Shown one piece after another: positions 25,069 to 34,534 of a DNA stretch of 64,000 nucleotides; positions within the stretch are counted from its first letter, which is position 1, and each line of letters opens with the position of its first letter. Below the pieces are notes generated by a model that saw only the letters and a list, made by a program, of their open reading frames with translations, did not search any database and was not told where the DNA came from. The translations under genes were made by a program, and so were the position numbers. This stretch comes from Rhodothermales bacterium (lineage in GTDB: Bacteria; Bacteroidota; Rhodothermia; Rhodothermales; VXPQ01), in assembly GCA_965117025.1 (NCBI GenBank), contig OZ220746.1:135225-199224 (forward strand), in the 5' to 3' direction.

Positions 25069-26088
25069 ATGCAGAAAAAATCAAGAATCACCATTTATGA
25101 TGTGGCGGAGAGGGCGGGTGTTTCGATATCCACCATATCGCGTGTGATGAATAACTCCGACCTGGTGACCGAGCCGACCCGGTTGCGTGTGCTCAAGGCG
25201 ATCGAAGCCTTGCGCTTCCGTCCGGATCGTACGGCCAAGTCGTTGGCCCGCAAGGCGGCGAGGTCCTTTGCCGTGGCTATTCCCACCTTCACGATGCCTT
25301 TTCATAACGAGTTGCTGAAAGGCGTCCGGTTTCGCCTGCGCCGACAGGATATTGATCTCCTTCTTTGCGATCTGGGAACGAAGTCGCCGAACGCCACGCT
25401 GATGAATTTTCTGGATCGGGGCTCCGTGCAAGGTCTCCTTCTTGTCGGCGTTGCTCTCGACGAGCACATTGTGGAGGAACTGGAAACACTGCACTCTCCG
25501 GTGGTTCTTGTGGGTACGCAGCATCCTGCCTTCGATTCGTTTTCCTGGGACGATCGAGCGGGTGCGGCGGCGGCTATCGAACATCTGATCGGCCTTGGGC
25601 ACACCCGGATTGCCATGATCGTATCGCACACGAGCGGTTCCATGCAGAACGAGCGACTCGAGGGAGTGCGGGAAGCCATGCACAAAGCCGGCCGGTCTTT
25701 CTCCCGGGAAGATATTTTCTGCGGGAGTACCGAGAAGCACGCCGGTTTCAGCGAGGAAGCAGGCTACGAGGCAATGCAACGGATTCTTTCGGAACGCCTG
25801 GATGTTACGGCGGTCTTTGCGCTGAGCGATGTGCAGGCCATTGGAGCCTGGAAAGCCATACGCGATGCGGGACGGGAAATACCCGGAGATATTGCACTGG
25901 TAGGCTACGACGATATCAAGACCAGCCAGTACATTGGTCTTTCCAGCGTGGATCAGCGTATGCACGAAGTGGGCGAGCAAGCCACTGAGTTAATTCTGCA
26001 GCGCATGACCGGCGATGAGAAGGCTTCCCCGGTAGATCGGATAATCGTTCCCAGGTTGATGGCGCGCAGGTCTTCCCGACCCCAATGA
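25069..26088 (+). CDS. LacI-family transcriptional regulator
   Basis: ATG at 25069. The HTH is ITIYDVAERAGVSISTISRVMNN. It has a periplasmic-binding-protein-like effector domain. The stop overlaps the purC ATG (ATGA). Confidence 0.9.
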   Translation: MQKKSRITIYDVAERAGVSISTISRVMNNSDLVTEPTRLRVLKAIEALRFRPDRTAKSLARKAARSFAVAIPTFTMPFHNELLKGVRFRLRRQDIDLLLCDLGTKSPNATLMNFLDRGSVQGLLLVGVALDEHIVEELETLHSPVVLVGTQHPAFDSFSWDDRAGAAAAIEHLIGLGHTRIAMIVSHTSGSMQNERLEGVREAMHKAGRSFSREDIFCGSTEKHAGFSEEAGYEAMQRILSERLDVTAVFALSDVQAIGAWKAIRDAGREIPGDIALVGYDDIKTSQYIGLSSVDQRMHEVGEQATELILQRMTGDEKASPVDRIIVPRLMARRSSRPQ

Positions 26089-27137
26089 GCCTGCTTTCTT
26101 CTCCTGACCTTTTTTATTCCGTTTTCTCGCATATGCCAATGGAAAGCACGTTGCATCGATCTTTGGAGGAGACGATCCGGCAACAACTCGATCATACGAT
26201 CGGCGAGACGCATTTCACGGAGGCCGGCGATCTGTACCAGGGTAAAGTCCGCGATGTTTACCGGGCGTCCACTGCTTCCGGCGATGCGCTCTGCCTGATC
26301 ACGACCGACCGCATTTCGGCGTTCGATCACATTCTGCGCCAGCAGATTCCTTTCAAGGGGCAGGTGTTGAATCAAACGGCTGCTTTTTTCTTCGAACGAA
26401 CAAAGGATATTGCGCCCAATCATCTTGTGGCGGTTCCGGACCCGAACGTCACGATGGCGGTGCCTTGTACGCCTGTTCCCGTCGAATTTGTGGTCCGCGG
26501 GTATCTTGCAGGGCATGCCTGGCGGGAATACCGCGCCGGACGGCGCAGCGTTTCGGGCGTGGCGCTGCCGGATGGTCTGCAGGAAAGCAGTCGCCTTCCC
26601 GAGCCCGTGCTCACCCCCGCTACCAAAGCGGAAACGGGACACGACGAAGATATCTCCCGGGAGGAAATTGTCGCGCGCGGCCTGCTGACGCACGATGCAT
26701 TCGATGAACTGGAAGCTGTTGCGCTTGCCTTGTTTGCACGCGGTACGGACATGTCTGCGGGGCGAGGGTTGCTGCTCGTGGATACCAAGTACGAGTTCGG
26801 CCGCGCCCCGGACGGCGCTTTCCTGCTTATAGACGAGGTGCATACCCCCGATTCATCCCGGTACTACTATGCGGATGGATATGAGGCACGGCTTCGGTCC
26901 GGGGCGCCTCAAAAGCAGCTTTCCAAGGAATTCGTCCGCGAGTGGCTGATGGAGCAGGGTTTTCAGGGAAAACCGGGACAGAATCTGCCCGACCTGCCGG
27001 ACGATTTCCGTGTACAGGTAGCCGCTCGCTACATTGAGTTGTATGAGGCGGTGACCGGGCTGATGTTCGAGCCGGACCCCCATCCCGACCCGGTTGAGCG
27101 CATACACCGGGCAATCACATCGTATCTGGCGAACTGA
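26085..27137 (+). CDS. purC: Phosphoribosylaminoimidazole-succinocarboxamide synthase (SAICAR synthetase, long form)
   Basis: LYQGKVRDVY ... LITTDRISAFD ... LLLVDTKYEFG motifs. Later Met codons (residues 17 and 19) are alternative starts. Confidence 0.9.
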   Translation: MSLLSSPDLFYSVFSHMPMESTLHRSLEETIRQQLDHTIGETHFTEAGDLYQGKVRDVYRASTASGDALCLITTDRISAFDHILRQQIPFKGQVLNQTAAFFFERTKDIAPNHLVAVPDPNVTMAVPCTPVPVEFVVRGYLAGHAWREYRAGRRSVSGVALPDGLQESSRLPEPVLTPATKAETGHDEDISREEIVARGLLTHDAFDELEAVALALFARGTDMSAGRGLLLVDTKYEFGRAPDGAFLLIDEVHTPDSSRYYYADGYEARLRSGAPQKQLSKEFVREWLMEQGFQGKPGQNLPDLPDDFRVQVAARYIELYEAVTGLMFEPDPHPDPVERIHRAITSYLAN

Positions 27138-27621
27138 GGAAATCGGGAGCGGAATCTCCCTCGACCCACCTGGAGTTCCCGTCGACGAAGTGCTCCTTCT
27201 TCCAGATCGGCACCCGGGTTTTCAGCGTGTCGATCAGGTACCGGCATGCTGCGAAGGCGTCCGCACGGTGGGGCGCCGCAACGCCCGCAATGACGCTTAT
27301 TTCCCGCAGCGGTACCTCGCCGATGCGGTGGAGCAGGCAGGCGCGGCGAACCGACCAACGGGCAAGAGCTTCCTCCACAAGCCTATACATTTCCTTGAGG
27401 GCCATAGGTTTGTAGCATTCGTATTCAAGAAGTACCGTTTCCCGCCGCCCTGCTTCTCCGCCGGTTACTTTTCCTTCAGTCCCGGTCCACCGGCGTGTGG
27501 TTCCAAGGAAAATATCTACCCCGCCGGCCTCTTCGACCCGGAGAAATTCCGAAACCTCTTCAAGAGAAAGAGGCGTTTCCCGGATGTCTATCCAGGCCGA
27601 GTCGTTCGATATCCCGGTCAT
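27115..27621 (-). CDS. moaE: Molybdopterin synthase catalytic subunit
   Basis: ATG at 27621 (MTGISNDSAWIDIRETPLS...). Motifs GGVDIFLGTTR, VIAGVAAPHRADAFAACRYLIDTLKTRVPIWKKE. The upstream part of the track ORF is rejected. Confidence 0.85.
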   Translation of the reverse strand: MTGISNDSAWIDIRETPLSLEEVSEFLRVEEAGGVDIFLGTTRRWTGTEGKVTGGEAGRRETVLLEYECYKPMALKEMYRLVEEALARWSVRRACLLHRIGEVPLREISVIAGVAAPHRADAFAACRYLIDTLKTRVPIWKKEHFVDGNSRWVEGDSAPDFLSSPDTM

Positions 27622-27622
27622 C

Positions 27623-27892
27623 TCATCCTCCGCTGACGGGTGTAATGAGGGCCATCTCGTCCCCTGCGCGCACCATATGTTCTCGTGGCACGTACTCCCG
27701 ATTGACGGCAATGCGTACGAGCGGAAGCACAGGGCGAATGGCAGGATACGTTGCAGCCAGCCTTTCGAGTAGCACGCCAGCGGATACGGATTCTCCGGGA
27801 TCGAGATGCAGGGTCGTTGCATCGACTCCTGCCTGTTCCCGGATCACACTGAAAAGCAGCACCTGTACGCTCTGTAGTTTTTTGTCACCCAT
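27623..27892 (-). CDS. moaD: Molybdopterin synthase sulfur-carrier subunit (MoaD/ThiS fold)
   Basis: 89 aa ending ...ALITPVSGG*. ATG at 27892. It lies directly upstream of moaE. Confidence 0.8.
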   Translation of the reverse strand: MGDKKLQSVQVLLFSVIREQAGVDATTLHLDPGESVSAGVLLERLAATYPAIRPVLPLVRIAVNREYVPREHMVRAGDEMALITPVSGG

Positions 27893-27912
27893 GTTTTGTC
27901 GTGTATGGGCGC

Positions 27913-29169
27913 TCAACGGAACCGGATGGCGCGAATTGCTTCGATGCCGGCTGCTACCCGGGCCGGCACATACGCTGCCAGCACACATAGCGCCATCGCA
28001 AGGGCGCCGGTGAGCAGGAAGTCGAAAGCATGCAGTTCGACCGGCGCCGTGGTGAGGTAGTACGCCTCTTCCGGTAAGGAAATGAGGCCGTATTTGTCCT
28101 GCAAAAGCACGAGCGCCAGAGCAAGACTTTCTCCAAGCACTACCCCCACTCCGCCGATCAGCAAGCCGGACCATACGAACTGCTTGCGGATCGATCTCAT
28201 GGAGGCGCCCATACTTTTGAGAATGCCGATCTCCCGTGTTTTTTCGAGGGTGGTCATCAGGAGCGTGCCGATGATGTTGAATGCAGCCACCACGACGATA
28301 ATGCTGATCACGACAGGGATAATGCTTTTCTGCAGGTTGATCCAGGCAAACAGTCCGCCATATACGTCATATATGCTCCGCGCCATGAGCGGAAATCCTA
28401 CCCTGTCTTCTATCTCTCGGGCGGCGTCCCTCGCCGTATCTACCTCTGAAAGAGTTACGTCAAACCGGGTTGCCTGATCCGGACCGTAGGCAAGCAATTC
28501 CCGTGCCGCGGAAAGAGATGTAAAGACATACAGGGCGTCGAAATTGGCAAGAGACGTTTCATAGATGCCGGCAATGCGGAATGTCTTTGTGCGGGGCGCC
28601 GTCAGGCCCGCTATGAAAGACGTTTCCCCTGCGGATGCCGAACGCATGGAAAAAGAGGTAACGAGTTGCCCTGGCTGCACCTGGAGCAGATCGGCCAGTT
28701 CCTTTCCGATGACCAGGCCGGCATGCCCGCTGGCGTCGGGCTGCGTATCGAAAGAGCCGTCCACGATCTGTTCCTGGAAATAGGCGGGCGGCCGCTCCAT
28801 GCCCCGTATGGCTACGCCCTCTATGTGCTCCCGGGACCGCCGAAGGAGGGCAAACTCCTGGACCACGACCGCCGCATCGACGACGCCGGGTGTGGAGGCA
28901 AGCGTATCCCGGACCGATGCGGCCTGATCAATGGGCGCATCCCGAAAGGTTTCCACTTGTACATGCGCCCCGAATCCGGTGATTTTGGCTTCGATTTCAC
29001 TGCCGAATCCCCGTACGACCGAAAGCGCGAGGAGCAGGGCCGCGGTTCCCAGCGCAACGCCCGCTGTAGCTATCCACGCAATGAACCGTACAAAGCGGCT
29101 CCCCTCCTCCTGTCCGCGCACAGACCGGAGATAGCGCATCGCCATGAAGCGTTCGAAGCGGGAAGGCAT
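27913..29169 (-). CDS. Lipoprotein-releasing system permease (LolC/LolE family, FtsX-like)
   Basis: 418 aa. N-terminus FERFMAMRYLRS, a large periplasmic loop and a C-terminal FtsX-type 3-TM domain. Confidence 0.85.
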   Translation of the reverse strand: MPSRFERFMAMRYLRSVRGQEEGSRFVRFIAWIATAGVALGTAALLLALSVVRGFGSEIEAKITGFGAHVQVETFRDAPIDQAASVRDTLASTPGVVDAAVVVQEFALLRRSREHIEGVAIRGMERPPAYFQEQIVDGSFDTQPDASGHAGLVIGKELADLLQVQPGQLVTSFSMRSASAGETSFIAGLTAPRTKTFRIAGIYETSLANFDALYVFTSLSAARELLAYGPDQATRFDVTLSEVDTARDAAREIEDRVGFPLMARSIYDVYGGLFAWINLQKSIIPVVISIIVVVAAFNIIGTLLMTTLEKTREIGILKSMGASMRSIRKQFVWSGLLIGGVGVVLGESLALALVLLQDKYGLISLPEEAYYLTTAPVELHAFDFLLTGALAMALCVLAAYVPARVAAGIEAIRAIRFR

Positions 29170-29354
29170 GGGCTGGGGTACGGTGCGACGGCATGACGGA
29201 AGGTTTTTTGATACCCGTCGGGGGGCGCGCCGGTTCTCGAATCAGCGATACCACGTTTTTGCGTCCGGAATCAAAACCTCCGGGTAATCTGCGGGTATGC
29301 TACCCCAAATACCTGTTCCCTGTGCCGCACTTGCTTCATCCTGGAGAGGATACC

Positions 29355-30995
29355 ATGAACCACGTGCATTCTTCTGTCGCCATCCCGGAGATCCCATTGC
29401 CGAAAAACGAGCCCGTGCTCGATTATGCCCCCGATTCGGAGGAGCGCAGCCGTCTTCAGCAAAAACTCAAAATGCTCCGCAGTGAAACGGTCGAGATTCC
29501 GGCCCTTATCGGCGGGCGCGAAGTGCGCACGGGAAAAACCGTGGAAATCAGGGCGCCCCACGATCATGGATGTGTTCTTGGCGTGGCGCATCTTTGCGGC
29601 CCCGAGGAAACGACGGAGGCGATACGCTGTGCGCTGGAAGCCCGGGAGGAATGGATGCGCGTGCCATGGTCGGATCGTCTCGGAGTCTTCAGGAAGGCGG
29701 CCGATCTGCTTTCCGGTCCCTGGCGGGATACGTTGAACGCAGCCACGATGCTGGGCCAGAGCAAGAATGCTTTTCAGGCGGAAATCGATGCAGCCTGCGA
29801 AACGATCGATTTCTGGCGGTTCAACGCGGCCTATGCGGAGCGGATCGTAGCAGATCAGCCCCTTTCTTCCGAAGAGATCCTCAATCGCATGGAGTACCGG
29901 GCGCTTGAGGGGTTTGTGAGCGCCATAACCCCCTTCAACTTTACGGCGATCCAGGCCAATTTGCCCACGGCCCCCGTGTTGATGGGCAATGTAGCGCTAT
30001 GGAAACCGGCCACAACTGCTCTCCTGTCGGCCTGGTATACGTATCAGCTTCTTGAAGAAGCGGGTTTGCCGCCGGGTGTAATCAATATGCTTCCCGGTCA
30101 CGGCCCGGAGATAGGCGCGCCGATCCTGGCCTCGGAGCATCTTGCCGGTCTGCATTTTACCGGCTCTACGGGTACGTTTCAGTACATGTGGCGCACGATC
30201 GGGGCGAATATCGACAGATACCGGTCCTACCCGCGCATCGTCGGCGAAACCGGGGGCAAGGATTTTATTGTGGCGCATCCTTCGGCGCACGCAGTCGAGG
30301 TAGCCACCGCGATCGTGCGGGGCGGCTTCGAATACCAGGGCCAGAAATGCTCGGCCGCTTCGCGCGTGTACCTGCCGGCCTCTCTTTGGCCGGAAATAGA
30401 GCGGGAGTTGACACAACAACTCGACGCGGTAAAAACGGGACCGGTCGAGGACTTTTCGAACTTCGTCAACGCGGTGATCGACCGTCCTTCTTTCGACCGC
30501 ATCACCGGATATATCGACCGGGCGCATGCCGATCCGGATGCAGACATCGTGCATGGGGGCACGTACTCCGACGAGGAAGGGTATTTCATCACTCCTTCTG
30601 TGTTTCGGGTTCGCGACCCCATGCACGAAACAATGCGGGAAGAGATATTCGGACCGGTCGTCTCGGTGTTTGTGTATGAGGACGCCTGTTATGAGGATAT
30701 GCTTGATGTATTGGACAAAACCTCGTCGTATGCCTTGACCGGAGCTGTTTTCGCCGCCGATCAGGAGGTAATCCGGAAGACCTCTGATCGACTGATCGAT
30801 AACGCCGGTAATTTCTATATCAACGACAAGCCTACCGGGGCCGTGGTCGGTCAGCAGCCGTTTGGGGGCGCCCGCAAGTCGGGCACCAACGATAAGGCAG
30901 GGTCGCAGTTGAATCTGACGCGCTGGACTTCTCCCCGCGTTGTAAAAGAGAACCTTGCTCCTGCACGGCACTTTTCCTATCCCTTTATGGGTTAG
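29355..30995 (+). CDS. pruA: L-glutamate gamma-semialdehyde (1-pyrroline-5-carboxylate) dehydrogenase
   Basis: ATG at 29355. Aldehyde dehydrogenase superfamily (ETGGKD, GQKCSAASR catalytic Cys) with an N-terminus typical of P5CDH. Confidence 0.85.
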   Translation: MNHVHSSVAIPEIPLPKNEPVLDYAPDSEERSRLQQKLKMLRSETVEIPALIGGREVRTGKTVEIRAPHDHGCVLGVAHLCGPEETTEAIRCALEAREEWMRVPWSDRLGVFRKAADLLSGPWRDTLNAATMLGQSKNAFQAEIDAACETIDFWRFNAAYAERIVADQPLSSEEILNRMEYRALEGFVSAITPFNFTAIQANLPTAPVLMGNVALWKPATTALLSAWYTYQLLEEAGLPPGVINMLPGHGPEIGAPILASEHLAGLHFTGSTGTFQYMWRTIGANIDRYRSYPRIVGETGGKDFIVAHPSAHAVEVATAIVRGGFEYQGQKCSAASRVYLPASLWPEIERELTQQLDAVKTGPVEDFSNFVNAVIDRPSFDRITGYIDRAHADPDADIVHGGTYSDEEGYFITPSVFRVRDPMHETMREEIFGPVVSVFVYEDACYEDMLDVLDKTSSYALTGAVFAADQEVIRKTSDRLIDNAGNFYINDKPTGAVVGQQPFGGARKSGTNDKAGSQLNLTRWTSPRVVKENLAPARHFSYPFMG

Positions 30996-31009
30996 GAAGG
31001 TCTTTTGCA

Positions 31010-31058
31010 CACGAACGTGAAGCGCTGATCGAAGCGGTTTTGATCAGAGTGTCCTTAA
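31010..31058. repeat. Single-arm copy of the dispersed element (left arm, reverse orientation)
   Basis: cacgaacgtgaagcgctgatcgaagcggttttgatcagagtgtccttaa is the reverse complement of the left half of the full copies. It lies between pruA and the next gene. Confidence 0.85.
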
Positions 31059-31075
31059 ACCAATCTGTATGTTGC

Positions 31076-32107
31076 ATGTCGTCTCCTGTACGTGTTCTTC
31101 AGTACGGTGTCGGCCCGATCGGGTTGGCATGCATCCGCACGATTCTTGCCAAACAGGGAACGGGCCAACTTGTCCTCGCAGGGGCTGTGGATATAGATCC
31201 GAAGAAAGCGGGACGGGATGTGGCGGAATTGTTGGGGGATGATCTCCTTCCTGTCGGGATCGTGGTGCGCGAGGATGCTGCCGCTGTGCTCGCAGAAACC
31301 GCTCCCGATGTGGTGCTGCATACGACTTCTTCTTTTCTGGACCGCGTGGATGGACAGATCGAAGAATGTATTCGCTCCGGCGTTCCTGTGGTTTCCTCCA
31401 CCGAAGAACTCGCTTTTTCGTATGATCGGCACCCTGAACGCAGTGCTGCGCTACATAAAGCAGCCGTAAAGCATCGTGTGGCTGTCGTAGGCACCGGGGT
31501 AAACCCCGGCTATGCTATGGATACGCTGGCGCTCATGGCGACCGGTGTATGCTGCGACGTTTCAGAGGTGCATGTCCTGCGTGTGGTGGATGCAGGAAAG
31601 CGCCGGATGCCGCTCCAGGTCAAGGTGGGAGCCGGCCTTTCGGTCAAGGCCTTCGAGGAGAAAAAAGCGACGGGTGCATTCGGACATATCGGCCTGAGAG
31701 AATCGCTCTTTTTTGTGGCGAAGGGGCTTGGTTGGCCGCTTGACCGGGTGGACGAACAACTGCACCCTGTCCTGGCGGACGCGGAAATATCCACTCCGTT
31801 TCTGACTGTGGCACCAGGAAACGTGGCCGGTATCCATCATTCCATCACGGGCTATGTGGGCGGAAACCCCTTACTTTCTCTTGACCTGAAGATGTTTGTG
31901 GGAGCCAAAGAGCCCCGCGACGCCGTGCATGTCGTGGGAGATCCACCCGTTGATCTCGTGGTTCGCGGCGGTATATTCGGGGATACGGCCACGGTTGCCA
32001 CCCTGATTAATGCAATACCTCATGTGCTGCACGCCTCGCCGGGCCTGAAAACCATGATGGACCTGCCTGTGCCGCGCGCTTTTGCCTGCAGCCCGAATTC
32101 GGGCTGA
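31076..32107 (+). CDS. NAD(P)-dependent dehydrogenase of the DapB-like / 2,4-diaminopentanoate dehydrogenase family (COG3804-like)
   Basis: ATG at 31076. Rossmann N-terminus VRVLQYGVGPIGLACIR. It matches this family along its length from memory of the family pattern. The functional assignment is tentative. Confidence 0.65.
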   Translation: MSSPVRVLQYGVGPIGLACIRTILAKQGTGQLVLAGAVDIDPKKAGRDVAELLGDDLLPVGIVVREDAAAVLAETAPDVVLHTTSSFLDRVDGQIEECIRSGVPVVSSTEELAFSYDRHPERSAALHKAAVKHRVAVVGTGVNPGYAMDTLALMATGVCCDVSEVHVLRVVDAGKRRMPLQVKVGAGLSVKAFEEKKATGAFGHIGLRESLFFVAKGLGWPLDRVDEQLHPVLADAEISTPFLTVAPGNVAGIHHSITGYVGGNPLLSLDLKMFVGAKEPRDAVHVVGDPPVDLVVRGGIFGDTATVATLINAIPHVLHASPGLKTMMDLPVPRAFACSPNSG

Positions 32108-32168
32108 TTATCCGGGAACGCGCATGGGCGGTCCTGCCATGCGATTTGTATAGTGTTAACAGGCTCTA

Positions 32169-32813
32169 ATGAACAAGCGTATCGGACGATTTCATGTGCT
32201 GACGGACCTTCGCTTCCAGCAACGGTTCAGTCATGCGGAGCTTGCTCGCCTTGCTGCAGAGGGGGGCGCCGATACGATCCAGTTCAGACAAAAATCGGGG
32301 GCTGTACGAAACATTCTGGCGGAGGCAAGGCATGCGGGGTTTGTTTGTCGGGAGCAGGGTGTGCCGTTTCTTGTCAACGACCGTCTTGATGTGGCGTTGG
32401 CCTGTCGGGCCGACGGCATACATCTTGGACAACAGGATTTTCCTGTCCGGGAGGCACGGGGTATCCTGGGCCCGGAAGCGATTATAGGGGGTACGGCTAC
32501 TACCGTCGAAGAGGCGCTGGCGATGCAGGAAGCAGGCGCCGATTATGTAGGATTCGGTCCCGTATTTTCTACAACCAGCAAGGACAATCCTGCGCCGGTG
32601 AAGGGAGTGACAAACCTGGCGCGTGTCTGCGCAGCGGTGCGTATTCCTGTCATCGCTATCGCAGGTATTTCCGTGGATCGTGTCGGACCCGTGATTCGAG
32701 CCGGGGCGCACGGCGTGGCTGTCATGACGGGAGTGACCACGGCAGAGAACCCTGCCCGGGCCGCCCGTGTGTTCCGCGAGGAGTTGGATGCGGTAACTAC
32801 GGTGTCTCCATAA
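32169..32813 (+). CDS. thiE: Thiamine-phosphate synthase
   Basis: RFHVLTD ... IQFRQK ... VNDRLDVALACRADGIHLGQQD ... GFGPVFST motifs. Confidence 0.9.
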   Translation: MNKRIGRFHVLTDLRFQQRFSHAELARLAAEGGADTIQFRQKSGAVRNILAEARHAGFVCREQGVPFLVNDRLDVALACRADGIHLGQQDFPVREARGILGPEAIIGGTATTVEEALAMQEAGADYVGFGPVFSTTSKDNPAPVKGVTNLARVCAAVRIPVIAIAGISVDRVGPVIRAGAHGVAVMTGVTTAENPARAARVFREELDAVTTVSP

Positions 32814-32837
32814 GAGATGAAACTCCCCCGACGTGTA

Positions 32838-33587
32838 CTAATGTGTCCCTTGAAGGGCGAGCGCGAGTGCTTCGGGGGTGGGTTCGTGCGCAGTAGCGCG
32901 TACCCGGAAGCCATGGGCGCGCACAGCCTCTGCCGTGACGGACCCAATGGCGGCGATGGAGATATCTTCCAGAGATATCTCCGGGGATTTAAGCATTGCC
33001 TCCAGTCCGGAAGGGCTGAAAAATACCACCCAGTCCGGTTTTTTATCGCCGGGCCATGCGTGCAGCGTACGCAAGCAGGTTTGATAGGCGACGATTTCTT
33101 CCGTGCGGATGCCGCCCTCACGCAAGAGGGAGGGCAGCACATCCCGTCTTCGGTCCCCGCATAGAAAGAGCAATGTCCCCCCTATGCGCTGCTCCAGGAT
33201 ATATGCTGCAAGCTGTTCTGCCGAGCCGGCGCGCTCCCCTTCCGGCTCGTAACCGAGGGAGCGTATGGCGGCGGCAGTGCGCGGCCCTACTGTAAACAGG
33301 GTCTTATTCTCCCATCCCGTTTTTCCGATCCCGGCTTCAGAAAACGCCCTGCTGAAAGCTTCTACCGCCCGCAGACTGGTGAAAATAAGTCCTGCATACC
33401 GGTCCGGATGTTTTAAGAGGTTGTATAGCACATCTTGTTCCGCGTACTCGAACGTGAGTACCGGGAGGGTGTGCGTATCGAAGCCGGCGTCATTGAGCGC
33501 CTTTTCCCAGCCACAGGATGTCTCCTGGCCCGGTATATTTTCGGAGGATTCGTCTCCGGAGCGCAGCAAGAGCACCGTATTTCCCAT
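32838..33587 (-). CDS. hemD: Uroporphyrinogen-III synthase
   Basis: ATG at 33587 (MGNTVLLLRSG...), 249 aa. It lies immediately downstream of hemC with a TGATG overlap. The track ORF extension to 34037 runs antisense or out of frame through hemC and is rejected. Confidence 0.8.
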   Translation of the reverse strand: MGNTVLLLRSGDESSENIPGQETSCGWEKALNDAGFDTHTLPVLTFEYAEQDVLYNLLKHPDRYAGLIFTSLRAVEAFSRAFSEAGIGKTGWENKTLFTVGPRTAAAIRSLGYEPEGERAGSAEQLAAYILEQRIGGTLLFLCGDRRRDVLPSLLREGGIRTEEIVAYQTCLRTLHAWPGDKKPDWVVFFSPSGLEAMLKSPEISLEDISIAAIGSVTAEAVRAHGFRVRATAHEPTPEALALALQGTH

Positions 33588-34534
33588 CACGCAGGCGGAT
33601 TGCGTAGTTCCTTCAGGATGCGCCTTCCTCCCTTTTCCAGCAGTTCGTTGGCGAGTTCGGCGCCGATGGTTTCGCCTTCGGAAGCGGGAGCCGTCCGTCG
33701 CGCACGGCAGATTTTTCTGCCGTCGAGTGATGCTACACAACCTTCGAGCACAAGCTGGTCGCCATGCACACGCCCCCACGCACCCACGGGGATGGAACAT
33801 CCTCCTCGCAGGGTGCGCAGGAAGGCCCTTTCTGCAAGTACTTCCCGCGAAGTGCGTACGTCGTGCACGGTTTCCTGGAGCAGTCTGCGGATCTCCTCGT
33901 TCCGGTCCGTGCAAACGACAGCCAATGCACCCTGTCCTACCGCAGGAAGCATGATATCCGGGGGGATATGTTCTGTGATGTGCTCCTGCATACCGAGCCG
34001 CTTCAGACCGGCCGCCGCCAGTATCAGACCGGTCCACGTACCTTCCGCTAATTTGCGAAGGCGTGTGCCGACGTTGCCGCGAACCGGCTCCATACGCAAA
34101 TCGGGGCGCCAGGCCAGTAATTGCGCCTGTCTCCTGGGGGAGGAGGTCGCCAGCACAGATCCTTCAGGCAGGTCTGCGAATCCTCCGGAATACCCCGGAC
34201 GGCCAACGAACACATCCGCCGGGTCTTCCCGCTTGCTTACCGCCCCGATGACCAGACCGGGAGGCATCTCCGTGGGCCAGTCTTTCAGGGAGTGCACGGC
34301 AAGATCGATGGAGCCGTCCAGCAGAGCCTGATCCAGTTCTTTCGTGAATAGCGCCTGACTGTTTATGTTTGCAAGCGGTATATCGAGGATATGGTCGCCC
34401 GTCGTTTTGATCTCGCGTAGTTCAACGAGATGTCCTTGCGTCCTGAGCCTTTCCTGGACGATGGTTGCCTGCCGCCGCGCAAGCGGGCTTCTCCTTGTTC
34501 CAAGTACCAATGGAGGCAGGCTGCTACGACTCAT
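33587..34534 (-). CDS. hemC: Porphobilinogen deaminase (hydroxymethylbilane synthase)
   Basis: ATG at 34534. Motifs LVLGTRRSPLARRQA ... IKTTGD ... HSLKD ... CSIPVGA. Confidence 0.95.
   Translation of the reverse strand: MSRSSLPPLVLGTRRSPLARRQATIVQERLRTQGHLVELREIKTTGDHILDIPLANINSQALFTKELDQALLDGSIDLAVHSLKDWPTEMPPGLVIGAVSKREDPADVFVGRPGYSGGFADLPEGSVLATSSPRRQAQLLAWRPDLRMEPVRGNVGTRLRKLAEGTWTGLILAAAGLKRLGMQEHITEHIPPDIMLPAVGQGALAVVCTDRNEEIRRLLQETVHDVRTSREVLAERAFLRTLRGGCSIPVGAWGRVHGDQLVLEGCVASLDGRKICRARRTAPASEGETIGAELANELLEKGGRRILKELRNPPA

Noticed and set aside
32108-32168. A TPP riboswitch upstream of thiE. Also a glycine riboswitch upstream of gcvT (58550-58560) and a Moco riboswitch upstream of moaD (27893-27912).
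   Set aside because: The gaps are 61, 11 and 20 bp, too short for these aptamers. No conserved cores (for example CUGAGA for TPP) were seen.
32838-34037. A 399-aa ORF extending hemD upstream through hemC.
   Set aside because: The N-terminal 150 residues are Arg/Pro-rich and lie over the well-supported hemC coding frame. The ATG at 33587 gives a normal-length HemD abutting the hemC stop.
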